Source: Somniosus microcephalus (taxonomy: Eukaryota). From it: a DNA stretch of 64,000 bases. Position 1 is the stretch's first letter. The number at the start of each line of letters is the position of its first letter. This document shows positions 14,335 to 27,774 of the stretch, in pieces. The stretch covers positions 177,878,001-177,942,000 of the forward strand of contig CM126214.1 of assembly GCA_052327205.1 (NCBI GenBank). The letters are read 5' to 3'. The notes under the pieces were generated by a model, which made no database searches, was not told where the DNA came from, and saw only the letters and a list, made by a program, of their open reading frames with translations. A program made the translations under genes and the position numbers.

Positions 14335-14700
14335 ATCTTCATAATATTAAAAATTTTAATTAGGTCATCTCGGTTTTGTTTCTTTTCCATGAGGACAAGC
14401 CCAATTTCCTTAACCTTTCCTCATAACTTAGAGTCCTGAAACCCAGAATCATCTTGGTTGCTTGCTTTTGTGCACTCTGAAGAGCAATAACCTTGTCCCT
14501 GTGATTAGGTAACATGCAGTACTTGAGATGAGGACTAAACAATGCTTCATCAACAATATCAACTTTTGATTTGTGCTGTCATGCACTGCAAATGCATCCA
14601 AGTAACTTTTGTACACTACTTTTTTTTCCCCACAGCCAAGCACTTGGCTGATGGTTTCATAGATTTATCTACCCAATTTTACCCCTAGATCCATTTCCGA
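14335..14700 (-). mobile_element. degenerate CR1 fragment, opposite orientation
   Basis: PHLKYC and LSYEERLRKLGL remnants. Confidence 0.7.
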
Positions 14701-14734
14701 ATCAGGATGCTTTATAACTGTTTTATTTAATACA

Positions 14735-15014
14735 AAAGCGAAATACTGTGGATGCTGGAAATCTGAAATAAAGACAAAAAAATGCTGGAAATATTCAGCC
14801 GGTCAGGCAGCATCTGAGGAGAGAGAAACAAAGTTAACGTTTCAGGTCGATGACCTTTCATCAGAACTCGAAAAAGTTAGAGATTTAACAGGTTTTATGC
14901 AAATACAGAGGCAAGGAAAGGATGGGGGGAGGAGAGGAAAGAACTAAAGGGAAGGCCTGTGATAGGGTGGGCGGCAGGAGAGATTAAATGACAAAAGGGA
15001 TGATGGTGCGATGC
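14735..15014 (-). mobile_element. Penelope-like 3'-end fragment
   Basis: highly similar to 6506-6790; possible TSD AATACA. Confidence 0.85.
14832..14868 (-). ncRNA. minimal type I hammerhead ribozyme motif with intact core
   Basis: AGUU-CUGAUGA-A-AGGUC(AUC)GACCU-GAAAC-GUU-AACU on the - strand. Confidence 0.72.
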
Positions 15015-16195
15015 AATACACACCTTTATGGTTCCTTGCTTCCCATAATTTTATCTTGCATTCTTTGAAACATCACGTGCAGCATAATGGCCAGGAATTT
15101 CCTTGTAATTTTTAGTGTAACAGTAGTATAGTGCCGATTTTTAGCTAGGAAACTCACATCTAACTGATTTATGCTGATTTTACACTGAAACATTACTACA
15201 CAAGTTCCCTTCGATCTTTCAGGCATTGTTTGCTAATTGTTTACTGTGGCTGAACTTGAACTAGCTGCTATCTTTAATCAAATTGGCCGTCATTGGAGCT
15301 TCACCATCCATCTAGACGGACGGTTCTAATTACCGCATTTTATTCTAGATTAAATGGAATGTCTTAAAGTGATACTTAAAAATCTGCAAAGATCAATAAA
15401 TTGACCAAATTAACATTTTCACCACTAAACTTTAAAAATAGAGAGGTAAATAGGGAAAAACTGGAAACCTAAGAATAAAACAGAAAATGCTGGAAATGCA
15501 CACTAGGTTAGTCAGTGTTTGAAAGAAAGCAGTCTGTAATGAGGAATGGAACAATTTCTGCCGGTAGCGACTGATGCGAAGATATGGTTCCGCAGGTATC
15601 GGCAGTCTCCAGCACCACCTCATAGTGACCATTTTTATGTGTGATCGCAGACAGTGAGCTGTGGGCTAGCTCATCATGGAGCACATCCCAGCTAAACCTG
15701 GTGCTGTTCTCCTCATACACACGCAATATCCCAAATTTCTGCACCTCCTCCCACCCGATTTCTTTCCCCCTTTCCCCAAGTCTGGCAACGCTGAGACCAA
15801 CTGCAGCACTACCACGGCTGCCCTGACTGGCATGAGATCAGATAACTTAGCACAGACCAAGGGTGAAACCTGGCAGTTTCCTTAACTCTTTGTGATGTCA
15901 AACACGTTTGAATGTGGATGGGGTTGGCCTAGTTTTTCATCTAGATTCATGCTCATTCCAATTAGTCAATTTGTCCACTAATTAGTTTTATTATACCAGC
16001 CGTAATGGTCTGCTGTCTCAGTGGGGTGATTGGGTGAGCTGCCATTTTCCATTGTGTTGAAAGCTGTAGCTGTCAGGCAAATAAATAGTGTGAAATATTG
16101 TCTATTGTAAAGAATAATTTTGTTTGGTTCTATAAAATGAGTTAAGCATTCTAACTTGGAAATTGTAACTAAAAAGTCTGGTTTTGCTGTTTCAG

Positions 16196-16300
16196 ATCTG
16201 CAGTCCTGTATGATTTGTGTAGCAAGACGGATAACACCAGTGGAGAGATCGCAGTTTCCCTCCAGTCCTGAAAGCTTCGTCACAAGACATGATATGACAG
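16196..16300 (+). CDS. NCOA3: NCOA3 exon ([35 protein letters not shown])
   Basis: translated by hand; ttcag acceptor, CAG|gtgagc donor; 105 nt, phase 1-1. Confidence 0.96.
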
Positions 16301-17820
16301 GTGAGCACTCGGAGAAACCACCCTGATTAATATAAAAGATCTACTCAAGCTGTAAAACTTCTAATTTAATTCATGTACCATTAAATTAGTTTTGTAAAAA
16401 CGCTTTATTTATTTTAAAGCCATTATTTTAAAGCTTTGACGGCTGGAAGCTCGGGGAATTCCATGTTCCCTTTTCTGGCCATTTAAAAATATCACCTTGT
16501 GTACTGTATCATTGAAACAAGGTTTTTTGTCATAGTTTTGCGACTATGATTAATTCTGTGCGCATAAAATAACAGCATTAAAACAATTTATAAATATGTT
16601 CTGAATACTTGGCTCACATTTTTCCCTTTTCCCCCATTTACTCTCTTATATTTTCACATTTTTACTTTATTTCTACTTGTTTTCGGAGTCTCTGGAATCC
16701 AAGCATTCGCTTTGGAGGTGGGACTCACATCTTCCAAAACTGACCATTGATTAAATGAAAACAAGTACGAAGGGTATTTTTTTTTCCAGCCAACTGAGGC
16801 TCAGAATTTAAGATTGAGCATTTCAGGCATCAATTTCATCCCCTTTCCCAGCTAATTATTCAAGCCGAACGTGCAGTGTCGGTGTTCTGTTCTACCATGA
16901 GCTGAATTTCAAACCCCACCTGCGGTTCATCGCCAAGACCACCTGCTTTCACCTTCGCAACCTCTTCCCCACCACCCTCATCGGTGCTTTTGGCAGCTTT
17001 AGGCTTGATATTGGTGCAGTGCTCTCCTCGGTGCAGTGGGCAGCCGACTGAGCTCTTCAACTCCTGCAGAATCCTGTCACAAGTGTCCTGTCCCTCACTC
17101 CTGTCACCCCATTTTCACCAAGCTCCTTTGGCTTCTTGTCCCCCAGTGCATCGACTTTCAAATTCTTGTCCTAGTTTTCAAATCCCTCCAAGGTCTGCCT
17201 CTGCAAGCTCCAACCTCATGTTCCTGCACACAACACTTCTTTTCCAACTCTGTTCTACTGTGCGTTTGCCCTCACCCTCTTCCACTTTAATATTGATTTC
17301 AGAGTTTTCAGCTACCTCACCCACACTCAATTTCTGTCTCTAAACCCATCTACCTCGTTACCTTTCTCTCCACCTTTAAAAGCATCCTCTTTGACAGTGC
17401 CTTCAGTCATTCTTTCCTAATTTCACTCCTTTCTGCTCAGGACACACGACTCTCTCTTTTTCCCCCCCCCCCCCACCCAAACCAATATACAACTTTGGGA
17501 CAGACGCAGAAGTCCAAGTTGATGATGTCGATGCCATTGTTGATCTGGCCGCATAATTCAAACGACTAGGTCAATCTTTGAATATGAAATAAAATTGTCT
17601 GACCACTTAACAAGCCAACTTATCGATGGTTGAAAGGTGTTATGTAATTTCTAGAATTTTGGTTAGCTCTGTATTAGACCCGTTTCCGAGGCTAACCGCG
17701 CTACACAAATGCGAGTTTTTCTTGTTTGTCACAATCCCTGATTTACTTTTATTCTTTTCTGTTCTAACAGTTGAGCTGATTTTACGTAAAGTTCCTTTCC
17801 TCTCTCTCTCCCATTTTCAG

Positions 17821-17961
17821 GCAAGATTACTTCAATAGATCCGAGTTCCCTGCGTGCTTCGATGAAGCCAGGCTGGGAAGATCTTGTAAGAAGATGCATT
17901 CAGAGGTTCTTTCACCATAATGATGGACAGCCGTGGTCACTGAAGAGACATTACCATGAAG
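17821..17961 (+). CDS. NCOA3: NCOA3 exon, PAS-B ([30 protein letters not shown]...KRHYHE)
   Basis: translated by hand; long pyrimidine tract plus cag, G|gtgaag donor; 141 nt. Confidence 0.96.
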
Positions 17962-18929
17962 GTGAAGTGCTTCAGAATGGCATTGGCCTAGAAATAAGCA
18001 GTAATTGATGAATTATGAGGAATAGTTACACACATACTGATATTCCTAAGTAGAATTGAGATTTGTAAGTGATGTGGGGGGAGTGAACGAACAGGACAAG
18101 TCCTCACAACAGTTTTATTAAAATCAAATACATCAGTATAGCTCAAAGACGCTATAGTTTTACAAACTCGTTCACTAATCAATTTTTAGATAAGTAGATC
18201 GGAAATGTTAAATGGTGCACAGGAGCAACATGCTCTCTGACCACGTCTTTCCTGCTTTCGCTGGCATGTAGCAAAATCTTTCTGGTTTTCGGGGCTTGCC
18301 CATTCAACTATTTATTATCGTTACTTAATTAATCAGTGCCAATTCCCTTCCTCTCCCTCACCTCAAGCCATACTTTTTTGACTGAGCCAACATGACTGGA
18401 GTGCATGGGGTTGCTGTTGTGTGTCCTGACCCTTCCTATGTCTGAGTTGGTTGCCTAGATTTGTACATAGTATGTAGTGACTGGCACAATGAGCTCACCT
18501 AATTCTTCCCCTGTCCCTAGAGTACATCAAAGGCCACCAGGTCCAGCCATTTCAGAGTACGTTACTCGCTGGGTAATTTTTTTTTAAACAAAAGTAATTT
18601 CTTTAAGCTATCTGTAAATAATAGACAGACCAGGCAGATGCCTGTAGCTCCCCAATTTTAAGGCAGTTTATCCTCTTCCTGTAGCCCAGGTATATCGGGT
18701 TGTATTTTATCTACTCCCTTAGTCTTATTCTTTGTTTTCTCAATACAATGCAAAATGTGTAATAGCAAACAGTGTGTAAGGATTTTGAAAAATCCTATTG
18801 TTGCATTACTGGCTCTGTTGCTACTTAATGTAATTGGCATATTGACTCAGTAGGTTATGTTCTATAAACTTTAATTGATGGTGTCTGCTTGTTTGCATAG
18901 TAACATACTTTTTTTCCCCTCCTATTTAG

Positions 18930-19077
18930 CCTTGATGCAAGGCCAAGCCGAGAGTCCCCTTTACCGATTCTCCCTGTCGGATGGCACTATAGTCACTGCA
19001 CAAACCAAGACCAAGCTTTTACGCAACCCAGTGTCCAATGAGTCCCTCGGCTTTGGCTCTACACACCTGCTGCAAAG
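18930..19077 (+). CDS. NCOA3: NCOA3 exon, PAS-B end ([29 protein letters not shown]...THLLQR)
   Basis: YRFSLxDGTxVxAQTK p160 motif; tag acceptor, AG|gtacag donor; 148 nt. Confidence 0.96.
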
Positions 19078-19647
19078 GTACAGGAATGTGCTGAGATCTG
19101 TTAATTATTCGATAGAAAACAAATCTTTGTTTCATTGCAATATCTTGGCAGTTCAGCTTTTATATGATGCTTGTAATGTAGCTGCCCATCAGCTGCTCTG
19201 TTTATTCGAACAAGAGGTAGATTCACAGACACGTCGTGTAATCTATTGTCTTTCTACTTTTTTGTCTCCCCTATGATACACCATTTAACAACTGAGCAGG
19301 TGCAAGAACTGCCATGTCTGTGCGAATTCCACTCTTTAGCAGATCGCCAGATGGCTTTTGAGATTTGCACAGATTGACTTTGCTTTCTGCGATCCCTCAC
19401 TTCTTGTCTTACGCCATTTTGGTTTTTGCTTGCATCCAATATCAGTTTGTCAGTTGCTAATTCTATTTAGGATCAAAATCCAGCCCTATTTTTGTGATCC
19501 TGCAATAAGGAATCTGTTCCATCACTGCCACTGCAGAGTTTGTGCAGGTGTGGACCAGTTAGATCTGCAAAGTTGTTGCAGATTTTGTCATTCAAGGAGC
19601 AAAGCAGTACAGCGAGACCAGTTCTGCAATACTGCAGCTCATGCTTT

Positions 19648-19964
19648 CACAGAATCACAGAAACCCCACAGTGCAGATAGAGGCCATTTCGGCCCATCGA
19701 GCCTGCACCGACACATATCCCACCCTATCCCCGTAACCCCACGTATTTAATCCCCCTAACACTAAGGGTCAATTTATCATAGCCAATCAACCTAACCTGC
19801 ACATCTTTGGACTGTGGGAGGAAACCGGAGCACCCGGAGTAAACCCACGCAAACACGGGGAGAATGTGCAAACTCCACACAGACAGTCACCCGAGGCCGG
19901 ATTCGAACCCGGGTCCCTGGCGCTGTGAGGCAACAGTGCTAACCACTATGCCACCGTGCTGCCC
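19648..19964 (-). mobile_element. full-length tRNA-derived V-SINE (HE1-like)
   Basis: GGGCAGCACGGTGGCATAGTGG head, GGTTCGAATCC B box; nearly identical to 21-371. Confidence 0.88.
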
Positions 19965-20591
19965 TTTTGGGTCAGTTTATTTTTAAAACTCTTTAGTAAA
20001 TATTGGGCTTCTGCCTTTGTCTTCCACTTGAAGGACATTTTGAGGTTTCTGGAAATTTGAGGTTCCAAAAGAGCTGAGTAAAGTTTTGTATTTGTGCTAA
20101 TCCAAATTACGCTAGTGTACATTATGTTTTTCTTTTGCCCATTCTGAGTTGTACGACATTTTACTTTGAGGGAGGGCCAACACCATAAGGTCCATAGTGA
20201 TTTGTGTTTTTCAGCTGTTAAACATTCTACTATGAAAGCTTCAAATAAGTTGATAGTTGCTACACTAGATTGCAGTCTGTTCACTAAGTCAGCAACTGTA
20301 AGCGTCATATTTCTTAATTTTGGTTTGTGGCAGCTTTGAGGAGATTGAAAGTCCTAGATATTAATACAGCTGAAGAGAGTATGGAGACCTTGGGTGGGGG
20401 AATGGGGTAAGCGTGTCCAGAGTTTTAATAACTACGATGTCCAAAATGTGGAGTTATGATGTGTTTTATATTGAGTAAAATACTTTAATTGTGAAAGATG
20501 CAATTCTGTCCTTGAACTTTTTCCTTCACAGTGAAGCAAAGTCTAATTGCTAATGCTGACTCTAACCCCCAATATCTTGTTCTACTTACAG

Positions 20592-21906
20592 GGAACAGAA
20601 TGGTTGCAGATTGAACCAAACCAACATGGGGCAAGAAATGATGAAGACACTTGCCACAGCAAGCACAAACTCTTCGGGCAATATGAGCATGCCATCAGGG
20701 GCAGCAGGACAGGGAATGCCAGTGCAAAACAATATGACCTATGGTGGCAATAGCATGAATGACCCCAGTTCTATGGGGCAAATGGGAAGGTTTGGTGCAG
20801 GGAGTGGGCCTGCTGGTGCAATGAACCACGGGCCTGGTATGCAGGCACCTAGCTTACAGGGGAACAGCTATGCACTCACCATGAACAGTCCCCCACACAG
20901 TAGCCCTGGGGTGAACACAACCCAGCAGAATCTGATGCTTTCACCGAGGCACCGGGTAAGTCCGCGGATGGGACCCAGCCAGTATTCTTCAACGGGTGGC
21001 ATGCAGTCGCCGGTGGGACATATAAACAGCACAGGAAGTAGCACCTTCTCTAGTAGTTCCCTTAATGCACTTCAAGCCATTAGTGAAGGATTAGGAGTTT
21101 CACTCCTGTCATCACTATCATCGCCTGGTCAAAAAATGGAAACTTCCCCAAATGTGAGCTTGATCCAGCAATCAAAGATGGGTAGCATGGATCTCAAAGA
21201 TTCTCCTGGCCTTTTTGGGGAGCACAACCAAGTTGAGAGCACAGTGGGTCGATCAGAAAGCAGAGATGCTCATAGTGAGCAGAAGAACATTAAGGAAGGA
21301 AATCTGAACCTTTTTGGTAGCAGTGACAACATAGAGGGCCAGAGAAGATTCCATGAGAACAAAAACCACACCAAACTTTTGCAGTTGCTGACCTCTCCCT
21401 CGGATGACATGGGGCTAACATCTTTAACAAACTCCAACTTGGATTCTAGTATTAAGGACTCCTCTGCAGGCATCACCAGTCCAACGGGGGTCTCCTCAAC
21501 CTCGGCTACAGCTGGTGGCAACTCTGCTGCAACTGCATTGCATGGCTCTTCTTTACAAGAGAAACACAAAATTTTGCACAAGCTGCTGAAGAATGGCAAC
21601 TCTCCTGCTGAAGTAGCCAAGCTTACCGCAGAGGCTACGGGCAAAGAGTCTTGTCAGGATTCAGGCAGCATGACACCAGTGGGAGACGCTGTGATCAAAC
21701 AAGAACAGATGAGCCCGAAGAAGAAGGAAAATAATGCACTACTGCGATACCTGTTGGATAAAGATGATCAAAAAGAACTCACTTTAAAGGATATTAAGCC
21801 TAAAATTGAAGGAATGGACAAAATGGATCCTTGTAATGCAGCAAAGATTTCAGGTTCAGTACAGGTGAAAGATGAAGTGCGCATCAAGACTGAACCAACT
21901 GACCAG
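20592..21906 (+). CDS. NCOA3: NCOA3 large exon: S/T-rich region and nuclear-receptor interaction domain with three LxxLL boxes (LLQLL, LHKLL, LRYLL)
   Basis: 437-aa ORF; SSLNALQAISEG, KLLQLLT, HKILHKLL and NALLRYLLD motifs; cag acceptor, CAG|gtaaga donor; 1315 nt. Confidence 0.97.
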
Positions 21907-21966
21907 GTAAGAGAAAAACATTAAATTTTACTGCTTGAAAGAATGTGAGAGATGTTTTATAGCCTA

Positions 21967-22562
21967 CTAGCTGGGGGGGCCCGGCGTTGCCAAGGCTTTT
22001 TTGTAAAACGGCAGTTTACAGGGCCGTGCGGTTGACGGCTGGCCGCTGCCGCTTCCCCGCTCTGTGTCTTGGGCCAAGCGGTTGTCAGGCCCGGCCCGAG
22101 TGACCCCAACTCACCTCCCGCTCCGGCGGGCCGCCGCAGCTGCCCCGCTCGCTGTTGAGTAAAAGCAGTGAAAAAAATGGCGGCTACGTTTCAGGAGGCT
22201 GCAGGATTAGGTCCCGCCCACACACGGAATGAAACGCCCCCCGTGACGCACCGATTGGGCAACCATCAGGTCACTGAACTGTAGAATTGGTCAACCATCA
22301 CGTCACTCGACGCTAATGAGCGGTAGGATTGGTCAACCGCTAATGAGCGGATTTTTGAACATTTTTTGTATACTGTCCGAACAATTTTTGTCTGATCAAA
22401 AAGTAAATACGCCTATGAGACTCCCCTAATCATAAGCTTTCTTTTGATATAACATATGTGTAGGTACGCTCTATAACTTTGAGTGTATAGCGGACAGACA
22501 GACATACATACAGACAGACAGACATACAGATGGACGGATCCTTTTATTTATATAGAAATAGA
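21967..22562 (-). mobile_element. non-autonomous Helitron
   Basis: on the - strand: A|TC start, (CTGT/ATGT)n microsatellite near the 5' end, subterminal hairpin CCTTGGCAACGCCGGG, CTAG|T end, no TSD; CpG-rich interior. Confidence 0.85.
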
Positions 22563-24518
22563 TTTACTCATTGGGTTATAAGTAGGGCTTGGCATTGGAT
22601 GTACAAATGCCCTAAGAATCCAGGTGTTCCTCTTTTGGTAAAGAATCCAGGTGTTAAGAGGTGTGCACGTAAGAGTTCTGACAAATAGGCTGCATTGTCT
22701 CCCCTCCTCCCATCACACTTCCCTTTCAGCGTGCCTGCATGTTGCTGATCTCTGTTACAGCAAAATAGATTCAAGAATCAGCCTTGGGAAGTAGGGTTAA
22801 TTCAGCATTCCTTGTGCTCTGAAACAGGCCTATTCTTACTATAGGGAAACAGGCCTTTTTTTCAGAGGATGGTAGAGGTATCCCTACCTCCCAATAGTGT
22901 TTCTTGATTATGTCTCATTGTGTGAGATGACACAACCTGATAAATTATTCTTTTAAAATGCCTGAGAATAGGGTGCATCATGTATTCTAGGTTCAGATTG
23001 CTGTATTCAGTATGTTTGTGACCAGTGCAGCAATGTCATTAATTGATCACTACTGCTCACTACACAAGTGTCACTTGATAAAGTCACACGTTAGCAGTTA
23101 AAGAATTTTTAGAGTTTCTTTCTTCACGTTTTATTTCTTTTCCCCAATTCTCTGCCTTGATCACCTGAAGGTGATGACTCTTGCTGAGGAATGTTTTTTG
23201 GGTGTGGCTGCTACCTAAGCACTTCTGGTCAAGTAGCGCTTAGAGAATGACTGTTGGCAGACTGTTCAATGTTGGGAGAACATCGCCGCCTAATCCAGTC
23301 CTGTTCGTCTCTAAAGTCACACATGCAGACTTTTCAGCAGGATTATTGGATATTGCGCAGGAGCAGAACCTGGCTGATTTTCTGCCGTTCAAAGGTATTG
23401 AGGCCATTTGTAGATCCTGAACTGCTGCCCTCATTGAGATCAGCTTCATTCTGCGCATACTAGCATTAGAACCTCACTGGCTGTATGATTTAGTGCTACA
23501 CTGGGCAGTACCTTTACACACATGGCCCTGAACTTCTTGCGAGTGCAAAGAGTAGTTCTTGGGCGCCCGCACGCACTGGCAGTGGGTGGGGTGAGTGCGT
23601 GAACTCGGACCTGCCAGGGTTCGGCACTTTTCGGCCCCATCATTGTGCTGCATTTGGAGGCGGGCCATTAAAACATCTGCCCACAAATAGGCGGCCATAT
23701 TATAAAACAATGTAAATGAGGGAAATGCATCATACGACTTTCCTCCTTTATGTCCTTAGCAGCGCTGAATGACGGGGACGCTTGTGAATCGGATGCATCC
23801 AACATTGCTAGGGCCATGAGGGTGGGGGAGAGTTTAAACATACAAAGGTGGTTTTGCTGTTCAATCAATTGCAGAAACCATCAAAATGAAAAAACTGGAT
23901 CATTTTTAAGATTTCAGCCCTCCCTCCTGAGGGCGCACTCAGGTGGGCACCTCCCTTTCACTGGAAACCGCTCAGGCTCATGCATAAAACACTGAAATGA
24001 TGCTGACCCTGGGATTTCAGATAGGGTGAGGGAAATCGGCAGTGGGCGGGTGGAAGTTCCATTCGGCCCCTCCATTGCGGGGCCATACTGTTCCTTTGAC
24101 TTCAACTTGGGTTTGGATGCCATATTCATTCTCTAAGCACGACATTACCCCTTACTTTGGATACACTTTTCGCTATTTTCTTTTTGTCCTATTTGTAATA
24201 ATTTATTGTACATTCCCTTGGTAATTGGATTTAATTATGCAGTCATGCCCACTGTACTTCTGGTGATTTGGCCTCCTTGTAAATGACCTATTTCCAGTTA
24301 AATAAAGCTAATCATGCGCACAGATTTTAGATAAAATAAACAGTGTATGAAAGGTTTCTTCTGTTGAGCTCTATTTCTAAACAAAGCAAAAATTATATTT
24401 AGTTGCCCATTGGGTTGAGCAAACAAGCAGTTACTGTGTTTATTTACCATAAATTTGTAGTCAGTCAGGATGGGCCTTAAACTCCTAATATTGATTTTTC
24501 TTCTATGTTATATTTCAG

Positions 24519-24687
24519 ACGAGCAATGAATTGGACACTTTAGATGATATTCTGGGTGATTTGCCCCAGTATTACACCGAGTCTGGGAACAGCACTATGA
24601 TAAACAAACAAGCGATGTTTCAGGATGTCATGGCATTTGAAAGAGGTCACTCACCTTCCCCAGGAACACCGAAGCAAATCCGTGGCA
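24519..24687 (+). CDS. NCOA3: NCOA3 exon (TSNELDTLDDILGDLPQYY...KQIRG)
   Basis: LDxLDxILGDL motif; ttcag acceptor, A|gtaagt donor; phase 0-1 fits its neighbours. Confidence 0.9.
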
Positions 24688-27594
24688 GTAAGTTGGTTCT
24701 GTAACTGACAGTAGAATCGTTCTTCTGTTTTATGGGAAGGAAAGCTGCACCACCTGCTGTCTGAGTCTGCCAATGCATCTAGCTTTTAACATGCAGGAGG
24801 CTTTAGGCTTTGGGAGTTGTGGTAAATCATAAACACAATGCATCGTAGCAGACGATTGGGCTACAGAGAGCTGTACCATATGAGAGAACTTGAGGGTTGG
24901 AGTAATCGATACTTTGGTGGTTAAGAGTGGGCACATTGTTGTACACAGTTAGTTACAGAGAAGTCATGGTGCATCATGTCAGAAGATTTAATTACAGAAG
25001 GAGCATGGCCCCAACATGTCGCTGGGATTTGGTTATGTTTTGTCATGCTTTGATTAGAGGAGGAGTCTCCTCTCTGAGAGGGGCGGGGGTGGGGGGGCGA
25101 GATGGGAGTGGAATATGTTAGAAGGTTGGTTAGGGAGAAGCGCCGCATGGGCAGTGTGTGTGGAAGTGCCAGTTACTGGGGAACTAGCGCATTACATTGT
25201 AAGATTTTGTCCAGGAATTGCACTGTAGAATATTACAATAGTCCATAATCTCCTTCTGTTCCCATTCATTATATAGATCTTAATCCTAAAACAAGGCGCA
25301 AAATATTTCTGATTTGATGTGTGGTTAAGAGGAATTTGGTGGTAGTATAACAATATCATTGCCTAAATGACAAGACACACACAAATATGCTTAACTTTCT
25401 TAGGCCAACAACTTGTGACATCTAATAGACTGTGATTCAGGTCCCTGTCCCCAGTATGTTGCCCTGGAATTTCTGGGGCATGCCTTAAAGGGAGGGGTCA
25501 GGGTAGGCCAAGGGTTGCCTTGGTAATGACACGGGAGGGAGCTTTCCTGTCTTTCCCACTTCATTTTCCTCCCCCATTGCTGGAAGGAAGCCCATTTTGA
25601 GAGATGGCCATTGGTCCTGCACCCAGCCCTTCTCCAAACACAAGAGGGTCAAGCAGCAAAAACCGGAGGACCTTTTTTCTTCCCGGGACAGGGATTGGCA
25701 CTGGAGACCTTTTGATTGCTGTTTTTGTAGAGTAGCCAAAAGGCCCCAAAGCTGGCGGTCATTCCCACTGCTGCTGGAAGCCCCCATTTCCAGGTCCCGG
25801 GCGCTGCCAAGAGGCATTCTTACAGCAGGGACACGTCGGGTTAGGCTAATATCCTGAACCTGGAGTACAGGCAAGTCTAGGTCATTGCACACAATGCACT
25901 TCAGATGGATTTTGTCTGCCTAGCACCCAGGCAAAGGTGGACAGGGAGGAAACTGAAAATCAGCCCAATATATCTCAACAATGCATTTTGTTTCTAATTT
26001 TAATTCTGAATAAGTTGAATGCTTGGACTGAGAATTTTATGCAGTCTGTAGAATTTCTTGGAAAGCAGTTGGCTTCATCGGGATAAAACAACGTACAAAT
26101 TTCCAATATTAATAAATGGAATTATGAAGTTAAACTGTATCATTAGTTCCTTTTTATATAAAAAAAACAATGAAACCTTGTAATTGAGTTTATTTTCATG
26201 ACTATAACAGTCAGTTGGGCCTGCTTCTGTTTTTGTCTTTTGTGGGGTTGAATTCATAGAATCATAGAAATTTGCAACACAGAAGGAGGCCATTTGGCCC
26301 ATCGTGTCCGTGCTGACTGAATTGTTTTGATACTGTGTATCCTTTGTTGTATCAAATGTTGATTAATTCATACCCTGCTGAATATGTATTCAGCCAATAT
26401 TGTGACAACTAGTTTTTTGCAAAGAGGATATCATCACATCGAGACTCATTAAAAAATATATATATATATCGCATTATAAAACAAAACAAGCATTTGCATT
26501 TAAGTAGTGCCTTTTATGTCCTCGGGACATCCCAAAGCACATCACACCCAATGAATTACTTACTTTCAAGTGTAATTGCTGTTTTATAGGCAAATGCAGC
26601 AGCCAATTTGTGCACAAACAGCAATGAGATAAATGACCAGTTACTTTATTTTGGCAATGGTGATTGAGGGTTGAAAGGCCAGGAAATTAATTTATCATCA
26701 AATGCGGTGCTCAAGTTGCATCCGGATACAGGATTTTTACAACCCATTGGGGGAATGCAATTTATGCACCAATATACTTAATATTTTCTCATAGTTTAGA
26801 AGTTGTTCCATGTACCTTCTTACACAAGTGAGACCAGCCATCAAACTTAATCGTAGAATTCACTTTAAAATCTCTTTTTTGTTTGTTTTTATGTTTTGCT
26901 TCTTTCTGTTGACTTAAATATATAGTTTTCGTTTAAAAAGACAGTACTGATGACTTTGTTTGGGAAATGGTTTGGAGACCATTACTGAATTACTACACAG
27001 TTAAAGCAAACAGCCTGGATTAATTGCCATCACTAAAATGCAATTCTCACTAGCTTCTCGAAGTAATTTTCCACAATGATGCCACTACTTTTTGCTTAAG
27101 GAAACATATTTAAAATTATTTTGGGTTTTCTCTATTTCTGTAATATTCAGCAGAATATTTTTCATAAATCTTCCGCAATGGGTCGTCTTGGTTTTTTATA
27201 CCCCTTACTCTGCATAATGGGCAGAAATTCCATTTAGTTACTGTGAGTTGGATGTTCAGTTCCCTGCTTCCATTCACTTTAAACACTAATGCGCAAGCTG
27301 AAACCATTTTAATAAAGGTAATGATTTTTTTTTAAGAGCTCTTTACTCTATAGATGTGGACAAACATATGAAAAAGAAAATTTGGTGGAAGGGAATGGGA
27401 CTAAGTGACTCTTTCAGAGAGCCGGTACAGACACGATGGGTAGAATGGCCTCCTTCCGTGCTGTAAAATTCTACATGACTGGAAGCAGAAAGGCAGAGAT
27501 TTGTTTTGTATGTATTCTTCACATTTTGCTTCATGTTCTTCCTGGGATAGATTCTAACACCCCTAACAAGGTAACTCTTTGTCAATCCTACTAG

Positions 27595-27774
27595 CTTTGA
27601 GCAGTCCACCACCTATGCAACCCTCCAGACCTCGATTTAGCCGAGCCATGTCATTGGATATTAACACTCAGGGCCAGGTCAGTGTGGGACTTGGCCCTCT
27701 GAGAAACAGCACCCCATATGCAATGATGGCAAAGCGAATGGGAGGCAGTCAAGAGAGTTTTGTGGGGAGTGCAG
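27595..27774 (+). CDS. NCOA3: NCOA3 exon (LSSPPPMQPSRPRFSRAMSLDI...)
   Basis: RAxSLD motif of NCOA3; tag acceptor, CAG|gtatgt donor; 180 nt, phase 1-1. Confidence 0.88.

Noticed and set aside
15600-15885. Ancient SINE-like repeat (related pieces at ~50935-51300 and ~42340-42660)
   Set aside because: Probably a real repeat, but too decayed to name or bound reliably by eye
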